Part shown: piece by piece, positions 18,401 to 24,650 of the stretch
How positions within the stretch are numbered: position 1 is the first letter of the stretch
Layout: each line of letters begins with the position of its first letter
Source: a virus
Direction: 5' to 3' (one strand)
Virus record (IMG/VR): IMGVR_UViG_3300028534_000007
DNA length: 44,622 nt
Notes under the pieces: generated by a model
What the model was told of the DNA's origin: nothing
Seen by the model: only the letters and a program-made list of their open reading frames with translations
The model's database searches: none
Position numbers and translations under genes: made by a program

Positions 18401-19275
18401 ACTAAATCTTTTAATGTTTGTCTCCAAGTCTCATCACTAAACATTCTTCTTATAATGTCGGTTCTATTTGCTTTTAAATCAGTAGAAAACCTCATGGGTT
18501 TTCCTACTATCGACGAAACCACAATATCGTGAGGCTTGCTATTTGGGAGTTCAAATCTTCTCGTAGTCCAATCAATTAAATTATCTTTTGTCTCTTTAAC
18601 TGCTCTTACATCTTTAAAGTCAATTAGACTTGTAGCCCCACCTAAAAAGCCACTTAACAATAACTCTCCTATTGTATCACCTATATCTTTTTGTTTTTGT
18701 GTGGCTAAAAAGCTAAGGCTATCAAAAGCACCATATAAACCCATATCAATAGTAGCACCAACACCAAAACGCCCCATCGTTCCAATAGCGTTAAATCTAC
18801 TTAGTGCAAGCTCAGGAAGTATTATAGATGGGATAAGTAGGGGGTCGGTTAAGATATTAGTAGCAATGTTCACACTAGCCCAAAGTGTAGAGCCTTCACT
18901 AACTAACCCCGCTTCTCTCTCTCGTTTTTCTCTCTCCTTAATTGCTTCTAGTCTTCTATTAAAATCCTCTTGATTTTTTGCAACCCTTAAAGCAGGAATA
19001 TTATTTATATTTATCTGGTGTTCTCTTGCTAATTCTAAGTTACCTTTGTTTCCTAACTCTCTTTTAAATGCTCTATCTTCTACCTCATCGGAAAATAGTT
19101 CTTCAACACCTTGTGTTACATCTCTCCAACTATTAAGGGAATTATCTAAAATAATACTTGCTTTATCAAGAGCGTTCAAATCTTCATATTTTCCTACATC
19201 TAAAATCTGTCTTAGGCTGTCTTGTTGGTTTATCTCTGTTCCTGTGGAGTCGTAAAAGGGGTTTGTAAATGCCAT
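15493..19275 (-). CDS. Large internal virion (ejection/core) protein, T7 gp16-like, without a recognisable transglycosylase domain
   Basis: 1260 aa. REAGLVSEGS...TDPLLIPS and Gly-rich hydrophobic segments resemble gp16 AEAGLGAKLS...VDPLSYVP. Later blocks (FSVMNRYSNIALGHYAF) also resemble gp16. Size and position next to the terminase genes fit. Confidence 0.55.
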   Translation of the reverse strand: MAFTNPFYDSTGTEINQQDSLRQILDVGKYEDLNALDKASIILDNSLNSWRDVTQGVEELFSDEVEDRAFKRELGNKGNLELAREHQININNIPALRVAKNQEDFNRRLEAIKEREKREREAGLVSEGSTLWASVNIATNILTDPLLIPSIILPELALSRFNAIGTMGRFGVGATIDMGLYGAFDSLSFLATQKQKDIGDTIGELLLSGFLGGATSLIDFKDVRAVKETKDNLIDWTTRRFELPNSKPHDIVVSSIVGKPMRFSTDLKANRTDIIRRMFSDETWRQTLKDLVGDRLEGKDYKRLADFSKSDYIDVEIVEGTTRKLIGYSKKNKASKKEKYKKPSLYKDYENYKEHPLRDLVIDLSLMSKKERNNQLKIMGLEGEDIKMSKSSILRIMEHKPTNKDIEEYIGNIIVLESMMEFAPQDYKPRYKNIKSYQSGGIIASDDGLFMTKEELKKYEGRELTEDEVRELFKKGGLGAVTAVLIGSNEDLFAGDGADRESPLDVLAVLAIGVLGIKYRKGISDILQRAKEKAKSPKNLIRETFGIVGGTKGYFEKLNSLSDEAFKHTKTLGKILTDNLHSLMERGAEEGAGDIKETIKARFQAELFSKLAPIIEDYKKVVGFKSLNPLKHMKFREEFYNTIGRAYTKGDFSQLSEHHLKAKKAFDKFYDDIYKAMVDANVDGMKSIRKIKDYFPRFHNPHTYDLVAQLSKADRERVVKWYGEAIKRGFKREFGKDIDIKDAEKYAKQLLAYGKSDKFIKAMKEDELFTPNEVENVDDFFNRAKFRIPIDFNIKPLVVGGKRLEMVDFVDTNAFSVMNRYSNIALGHYAFGIKGITNITNYLKRVENEFKEHGGDIDLLRDIKDYANMILGKPVTDIENKRLWDFFNLLRQATVAQLLHLSGISALQELIPASARALMNGSFGKSFKAFRELAKGEFSKMPNRVREMAQELGYGYHRVLADEHLKNPLYYMEDFTIGGKVIDTLDRILTAQQRITFFFNQLPALDDLANLFNLEPNLNRLKDHFKGNRLNKRRLETLGLTPDKEKILRGAFKKIDDNSMNFDKWTKEEREVFRATMRSFQTSWVGKPNIGDMPLFIIRNPLLKSLMTLLSFPVQSFDNLLLRDLYSFDSESIFKFQMMFVSTSIALTIRDFVNQREEKKDEVFIERVIEGLPHIALLQMANDIFNPNRETKIGNVFPVLGVLENLVNAPHEALGGEYKNLLQVMSVPLFMGKLITEYAKEPQSEQERIEALNATIGGLK

Positions 19276-19314
19276 GCTATAACCTTTTTGTATAGATTAT
19301 AGCATATAAAGAAG

Positions 19315-19473
19315 TTATGAAAGGTTGTGTTTTTTAAGAAACCTTGTAAGGGTAGAATAAGAAACTTTTAAGCCTCTAGCTATCACAGCCTTTGGCACTC
19401 CTAAAGAGAGGAGTTTTTTTATCTCCTCTAAGTCTTTATCTTTTAATTTTGTGCTTTCTTTTGGTCTTGCCAT
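19315..19473 (-). CDS. Small helix-turn-helix protein (Hin/resolvase-type HTH), not in the ORF track
   Basis: My translation: MARPKESTKLKDKDLEEIKKLLSLGVPKAVIARGLKVSYSTLTRFLKKHNLS (52 aa). It has the G-x-s...IA..lgvS..TL.R.L pattern. Its start overlaps the upstream small ORF stop (TAATG). Confidence 0.45.
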   Translation of the reverse strand: MARPKESTKLKDKDLEEIKKLLSLGVPKAVIARGLKVSYSTLTRFLKKHNLS

Positions 19474-19580
19474 TATAGAGCCTTTAATGTCAAACCTAAG
19501 AATATATTTTCTACTGCAAAGAAAATCAAACTTGCTATAAATGCAATCCCTATTACCTTAATTATTAGTTCCATTTTCAT
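19473..19580 (-). CDS. Possible 35-aa single-pass membrane peptide, not in the ORF track
   Basis: My translation: MKMELIIKVIGIAFIASLIFFAVENIFLGLTLKAL. It fills the gap between 19558 and 19473 and is coupled at both ends. Confidence 0.3.
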   Translation of the reverse strand: MKMELIIKVIGIAFIASLIFFAVENIFLGLTLKAL

Positions 19581-20208
19581 TCTTTATGTCTCCTCTTTTA
19601 TTTTGCAATATTTGTCTAGCTTTATCTCTAGTAACTAAAGCTACTCTTTGGCTCTTTGGTTTTGTGGTTAATATTTCCCACTCCTCGAACATAGAGAGCC
19701 AATATCTAATCTCTCTAAAGTATTTCTTCCTGTTGACTGTTTGAAACTCCTCTAATGGAGTAAGTATTCCGAATCTATTTACCTTGCCACCATTATACAA
19801 GTCCTCTAAAAGCATATAAGGGGAAAAATCTCCATATAATGCATTGCTATTTTTTATATACTCTTTTAACTCTTTAATCTTGTCTTCTTGTCTTTTTACC
19901 TCCTTTTTTAATTGGTGTTGCTTTTGTCTTAAGTCTTTTATCATCTTACCAGCTTTTAAAAGTAGCTTTCCTATCTTATCTATCTCCTCGCCTTTTATAT
20001 GCTCTGTGAGTTCTAAGAGTTTTTGTAGAAACACTTTTAAAACTGTGGACTCTACAACGCTAACCTCACTTACACTACCTTGTAGCTTGTAAGATGGTAA
20101 ATCTACTTTTATTTTATCCTCTTCTACAACAATAGCCTTTGTGAGGTCTGCTGTGCGATAAAACGCCTTTATGTTGGCGTTTATATTATCTATAAACTTC
20201 TTCACCAT
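19558..20208 (-). CDS. Hypothetical coiled-coil protein
   Basis: 216-aa ORF overlapping the upstream gene by 23 nt. It has a K/E-rich central helix. Confidence 0.55.
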   Translation of the reverse strand: MVKKFIDNINANIKAFYRTADLTKAIVVEEDKIKVDLPSYKLQGSVSEVSVVESTVLKVFLQKLLELTEHIKGEEIDKIGKLLLKAGKMIKDLRQKQHQLKKEVKRQEDKIKELKEYIKNSNALYGDFSPYMLLEDLYNGGKVNRFGILTPLEEFQTVNRKKYFREIRYWLSMFEEWEILTTKPKSQRVALVTRDKARQILQNKRGDIKNENGTNN

Positions 20209-21676
20209 CTATCCACCCTCTAAATTGTCTTTCATAAGCTTCACGCTTTTTCTTTTCGATAGCTAACGCTACACTATCGCCGATTTGTTTGGTTGCGATG
20301 TCTGCTAGTTCGGACATTTGATGTTGTATTCTACCGTATGTCTCTGCTTGTTGTGACATCTGATTTAAAGCTACTTGAGTATCTATCTCGCTTCTATATC
20401 TTAATACCTCTAGTTCTTGGTTTGTTGCTTCCATTTGGTCGCCGTAGAAACTATATAGCCTACGCTTAGCCCCTCTCATTTTGCCTAGCATTGCCTCAAG
20501 CGTATTTATTTCGCTCTCTATTTTATCCCATTCATCTACACCCATTTTGACGGCGTTCACATGCAATAGGAAATTTCCTAACAACTTCCCGTAACTAGCC
20601 ACCTCTAAAATAACAATAAAGCCAAATATCAAGAGATAATCGTTATGGGCATTTTTCTTAAACTCACTATCTAATTCTTTCAACTCTTTTTTGAGTGCTA
20701 TGGTTTTCATAGCTATCTTTTCATCTATCTTACTTACTTCGTTTTGATACCGTTCTATAACTTCTAACTTGCCTTTTTCTCTAACCTCTAATTTTTTAAT
20801 TTGGTTCATAGCGTTATAGAAGTTTCTTGTTTCAGCTCTAGGGTGTCTCTTTCTGCTGTTATAGGTATCTATTACGTCTTGGTTTAGTGTTTTTGAGTTC
20901 TGTATAGACTGTAAATCCATTTGGAATTGTGCTATAGATTCTTCTAATTGTTTCTTTTGTCTTTCTAGCCCATCTATTTGCTTTTGTAATCTTTGGGCTA
21001 TAATTGAGTTTGTGTGTGTGTTGTCTTTTAATGCCTCGGCTTTCTTGACTTTTTGGTTCGCTTTTGTCATATAGGTTACTGCTCTGCTTTCAAAATAAAG
21101 CCCAGCCCCGACAAATAAAAAGAATAAAGTGATTAATACCATTTTAGCCTTAATACTGTTATCCTTATTGAACCACCCAATAGAGAATAGATGTCCTCCT
21201 CCAATAATTATAACAGCAATAAAGAAAGCAATAGAGTATCTTACGCCATCGCCCCATGTCGCATAGGACTCTTTAAACTGGTTGCTAAAATCTAGCTCTA
21301 CTCCCCACATAGCAACTAATACTGTTAGAATACTAGCAACCCAGCCGACAATGCCAAGCCATCTAACTATCACTCTAATATTTCTAATAGAGTGCATCTC
21401 TTTAGCCTCTTTTACAACCTCACGCCACTGATGGGCTTCAGGGTCATCAGCACTAAGCCCCAACCTTTTGGTTATTGGGTCATCTTCGTTACTGCTTCTT
21501 AGTTTGTTCACTTTATTTTTATATTTATACTTCAATGAATCCACCACACTAGTGTAATCTTGATTATAGTATGCACTACTAGTAGCCCCTGCTTGGCTAT
21601 ATCCTTGGTGATGTCCTTGATTATTATTGTTTTGATTGTTTTGTGTGTTACTCATATTTAAACTCCTTGTAAACAA
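20186..21676 (-). CDS. Multi-pass membrane protein with N/Q-rich N-terminus and long coiled coils (candidate ejection or membrane-remodelling protein)
   Basis: 496 aa with an AAGGAG SD. Hydrophobic helices IVGWVASILTVLVAMWGV, IAFFIAVIIIGGGHLFSIGWF, MVLITLFFLFVGAGLYF and LLIFGFIVILEVASYGKLLGNFLL. Confidence 0.6.
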   Translation of the reverse strand: MFTRSLNMSNTQNNQNNNNQGHHQGYSQAGATSSAYYNQDYTSVVDSLKYKYKNKVNKLRSSNEDDPITKRLGLSADDPEAHQWREVVKEAKEMHSIRNIRVIVRWLGIVGWVASILTVLVAMWGVELDFSNQFKESYATWGDGVRYSIAFFIAVIIIGGGHLFSIGWFNKDNSIKAKMVLITLFFLFVGAGLYFESRAVTYMTKANQKVKKAEALKDNTHTNSIIAQRLQKQIDGLERQKKQLEESIAQFQMDLQSIQNSKTLNQDVIDTYNSRKRHPRAETRNFYNAMNQIKKLEVREKGKLEVIERYQNEVSKIDEKIAMKTIALKKELKELDSEFKKNAHNDYLLIFGFIVILEVASYGKLLGNFLLHVNAVKMGVDEWDKIESEINTLEAMLGKMRGAKRRLYSFYGDQMEATNQELEVLRYRSEIDTQVALNQMSQQAETYGRIQHQMSELADIATKQIGDSVALAIEKKKREAYERQFRGWIDGEEVYR

Positions 21677-21710
21677 AAAAAGCCCCTACCCTAACTAAAG
21701 GATAGAGGCT
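21674..21710 (-). terminator. Rho-independent terminator closing the 22868-21734 cassette
   Basis: On the minus strand: AGCCTCTATCC, loop tttagtta, GGGTAGGGGCT, then TTTTTTT. The stem is 11 bp including two G-U pairs. It lies 24 nt after the stop at 21734. Confidence 0.65.
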
Positions 21711-21733
21711 TAAAGATTGGAAGAGAAAAAGAA

Positions 21734-22279
21734 CTATTTTAAAAGTTCGACTAACTTTTTCGCACCCTCTAAAGAGAGAGATGCAACGCTATCTTTAAGA
21801 GATTTTACCCCTAAGTCTGATGGGTTTGGTAGCCCCTTTTTCTTTTCAAAAGCTATAATATCGAACACATTAAAAATTTTAGTAGTGCTTGGAGTTATCC
21901 TCTTTAATTTTTTAGCGTCATCAATCCCTAAGTAACTTTGAGAGTATGTTTTAAACGCTAGTGCTATACTGTTTTGATAATCTTTAACACTCTCTCCTAA
22001 CTCTACCCCTTTTACCAGTGGCTCAATCGCCTTTAAAACTTCTTTATCCCAATTAGAAGCCGTTTTAGAAAAATCAATCTTTAAAGCGTAAGTATTAAAT
22101 ATTTGCTGAAAAGACTTGTCGTTATTTGCTAACTCCTGAAACTCTCTAGCCCCAATGTCTGCTTTTTGTATAGAGCTACCTTTGTTAAACTTATCGTTCC
22201 ATATCTTAGCTAGTTTTCTAGCGATTATCTTTGCCTCTACTGTTGAAAGCTCTACGCCTCTTCTTTCTTCTTTTGCCAT
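21734..22279 (-). CDS. Hypothetical protein (second gene of the autonomous cassette)
   Basis: 181-aa ORF with an AAAAGGA SD. I recognise no motif. Confidence 0.6.
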   Translation of the reverse strand: MAKEERRGVELSTVEAKIIARKLAKIWNDKFNKGSSIQKADIGAREFQELANNDKSFQQIFNTYALKIDFSKTASNWDKEVLKAIEPLVKGVELGESVKDYQNSIALAFKTYSQSYLGIDDAKKLKRITPSTTKIFNVFDIIAFEKKKGLPNPSDLGVKSLKDSVASLSLEGAKKLVELLK

Positions 22280-22355
22280 AATTTAATCCTTTTCAGTTTA
22301 TTTAATTTTAGGGTTAATACCCATTCAAACACCCCTTAGGGTGCTTTGATAGATA

Positions 22356-22868
22356 TTAAAACTCTTCTAACTCTTCTAAAAGGTTATCTAATTCCTCAAC
22401 GTTATCTTCAATATTTGTTACTTCTATCATATTGTCAAGATAATCAATCGCAAGATAATCCCAAAGTAATGGGAAAAACTCGCTTAGGCTATTCTCTGCT
22501 TTATCAGCTAAAACGAATTTAAGTCCTCTCTCTTCTGGAACAACTACAACCATGATATTCTTATTCTCTTTAACTGTAAATATAGTTGGAATGATTGGAA
22601 TATCTTTTATTATAATTCCTCTCGTCTCTGTATCTTTAATCTTACTATATTCAATATTTCTTCTTTCTAACTCTTCTACTAGCATAGCCTTAAGCTCACC
22701 CATAGTATCACACTTAATTACTTCTATTTCATCATCTTCATCTACTACACCTGTTATAGCTACACAGTTTCCATTGAAACAAAGTCTTTCTATTGCCCCT
22801 ACTGTATGAAGATACATAAAGCCTATCTTTTCGGTAAACATAGTTTCTATTTTGTTACTCTCTATCAT
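22356..22868 (-). CDS. Strongly acidic hypothetical protein (first gene of the autonomous cassette; DNA-mimic candidate)
   Basis: 170 aa. By eye there are far more D/E than K/R residues, with an acidic tail EDNVEELDNLLEELEEF. It has a GAAAAGGA SD and its own consensus promoter. Confidence 0.6.
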   Translation of the reverse strand: MIESNKIETMFTEKIGFMYLHTVGAIERLCFNGNCVAITGVVDEDDEIEVIKCDTMGELKAMLVEELERRNIEYSKIKDTETRGIIIKDIPIIPTIFTVKENKNIMVVVVPEERGLKFVLADKAENSLSEFFPLLWDYLAIDYLDNMIEVTNIEDNVEELDNLLEELEEF

Positions 22869-22902
22869 CTTAAGAAATCCTTTTCATGTTTTTGATTAAG
22901 AA

Positions 22903-22931
22903 TATTATAGCGGTTTTTGCACTAAATGTCA
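22903..22931 (-). promoter_or_regulatory. Consensus sigma70 promoter (TTGACA, 17 nt, TATAAT) for the acidic-protein cassette
   Basis: On the minus strand, TTGACA at 22931-22926 and TATAAT at 22908-22903. Confidence 0.65.
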
Positions 22932-22950
22932 ATCAAAAACCATGTTTTTG
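22932..22950. promoter_or_regulatory. Operator-like palindrome abutting the -35, with further half-sites
   Basis: TCAAAAAC-CATG-TTTTTGA at 22932-22950. Additional half-sites are CATGTTTTTGATT at 22884-22896 (between the -10 and the start codon) and TCAAAAA at 22963-22969. Confidence 0.45.
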
Positions 22951-23036
22951 ACATACTTTTTTATCAAAAATCCACACTCCCAAAAATACAAATTAGAAAC
23001 TTTTTTTAAAAATAAAGTTAGTTGGATTTTTTTTAT

Positions 23037-23114
23037 TTTTACACTGTGAAAGCTCCACACTTTTACGCTGTGAAAGCTCTACACTTTTACACTATAAAAG
23101 CTCCACACTTTTAC
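23037..23114. repeat. Tandem array, 24-bp unit TTTTACRCTRTRAAAGCTCYACAC, 3.3 copies
   Basis: Units at 23037-23060, 23061-23084 and 23085-23108, with a partial unit at 23109-23114. Confidence 0.85.
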
Positions 23115-23216
23115 ATTTTTTTATCTGTCTTTTTCGCTGATTTTTTCCAACAATTTACCTCGTTCTAGCTTAGCTAAAATGGGGCTTTTATAAATTTTAT
23201 TTTGAGTCAAAAAGAA

Positions 23217-23304
23217 GTGCACATTTTATACTAAAAATGTGCGAACATTTTATACTAAAATTGTGCGAACATTTTATACTAAAATTGTGCGAACATTTTA
23301 TACT
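23217..23304. repeat. Tandem array, 24-bp unit GTGCGAACATTTTATACTAAAATT, about 3.7 copies
   Basis: Units at 23217-23238 (22-nt variant), 23239-23262 and 23263-23286, with a partial unit at 23287-23304. Confidence 0.85.
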
Positions 23305-23546
23305 TTTTTAACTGTTTTTTTTATCATCTAAAAAGTATATATTTTGTCTTTTTTACCTGATTAAAAGAGAAATTTAAGGGAGTAAATAGTTATTGAAAGC
23401 AATTTAAATCAAAAACGCTCATATTAAGCCATAAATAGCCTTTTATCATTACGAATACTAACCCCTTAGTTACCTTAAGTTTGTGGATTTATGGCTAATT
23501 ATAGAGGCTGTTTTTTTAAGGTTAAATAAAGAAATAACGCATATTG

Positions 23547-23999
23547 TTATATTAATAACATTGCCCCTTGTGTTACGCTGGAAACTATACCACTTATCAC
23601 ACTGGCTCGTGTAGTTTTAGCAGTAGCTTTAAATTGTCTCCTTGTAGTCTCGTTCAAATACTCTTGTTTTTCTAACAAGTCATTAATATTATTATCTCTT
23701 AGTTGGAGTAGCTGGATTTGCTGTGTTCTTACTGGATTTGTTTTTAGTCCATAGTTTACTATCCCGCTATTAGACTCTAAAGATAATTTTTGCCCCAGTA
23801 GATAACTACCTTGTAGTTGTAATTCTGCGTTACTTGCTCCATAGTCTATTAATACTTTGTTATAGTCTGATTGATACTGACTAGAAAGAAAATCATAATT
23901 ATACTGTATCTCTTTTAATTGCCTTTTTCCTTGGCTGTAAGCATTCCAAGTATTAACTATTGTATTGGCTAGGTTTGCATATCCTCCATAATCTACCAT
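23547..23999 (-). CDS. Hypothetical protein, possibly a small internal virion protein (gp14-like)
   Basis: 150 aa, Q/N/S-rich with a hydrophobic C-terminus (ISGIVSSVTQGAMLLI). The assignment rests on composition and position only. Confidence 0.45.
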   Translation of the reverse strand: MVDYGGYANLANTIVNTWNAYSQGKRQLKEIQYNYDFLSSQYQSDYNKVLIDYGASNAELQLQGSYLLGQKLSLESNSGIVNYGLKTNPVRTQQIQLLQLRDNNINDLLEKQEYLNETTRRQFKATAKTTRASVISGIVSSVTQGAMLLI

Positions 24000-24426
24000 T
24001 ATCTAATTCCTTTAAATCTCCATAAATATACTTATCTTTCCAAATCCCTTTTTTATCTGCATAAAATACCCTTGCTTTTGGATAGTGCTTGATTATCTCT
24101 CTAAATGCCCTTATAAGCCTTTTTTTGTTTCCCTCAACCCAATATATATATAAACCCTCGTTTGTCTCTCCTTGTTGCTTTATGAGGCATGGGAAGACTA
24201 TTAATTTATAATCTTCCCCTACTACTATATTCTTTATTATGTCTTTACACAAAGAGATGTTACACATATAGATATTATAACAATAAAAAAGTTCCAACAA
24301 TCTTTTATATAGAAGATAAACAATTTTATAACCTATATAATATCTTAAGGAAAACTTTCTATCTCTAGCAAATAGACATAAAAATATACCTAAAAGAAAT
24401 AGCAAAAAGATAAACAATATATACAA
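23953..24426 (-). CDS. Hypothetical protein; true start probably ATG 24267 (104 aa)
   Basis: The first 53 codons of the tracked ORF lie in promoter-like, very AT-rich DNA and encode an implausible F/L/Y-rich peptide. TGT-TATAAT at 24282-24274 sits 6 nt upstream of ATG 24267. Confidence 0.4.
   Translation of the reverse strand: MYILFIFLLFLLGIFLCLFARDRKFSLRYYIGYKIVYLLYKRLLELFYCYNIYMCNISLCKDIIKNIVVGEDYKLIVFPCLIKQQGETNEGLYIYWVEGNKKRLIRAFREIIKHYPKARVFYADKKGIWKDKYIYGDLKELDNGRLWRICKPSQYNS
24274..24282 (-). promoter_or_regulatory. Possible extended -10 promoter (TGtTATAAT)
   Basis: The minus strand reads TTGTTGGAACTTTTTTATTGTTATAAT-atctat-ATG. If this is real, the mRNA would be nearly leaderless. 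Confidence 0.3.
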
Positions 24427-24650
24427 AATACTTGTATTTATTTATATACATATATATATTCACTATATAATATATATAGTCACTTATCACGGTTTTTTTG
24501 GGTAAATTCAGCATATACCCATACTTATATACTTTCTTTATTACTTGTTAGTGCTGGAGTGGTATAGGTGCTATCTATACCCCCAACACATAAATAATAA
24601 AAGATAAGATGATTATATAAAGCAATATCTCAAAACTCATATTCTTTTTT

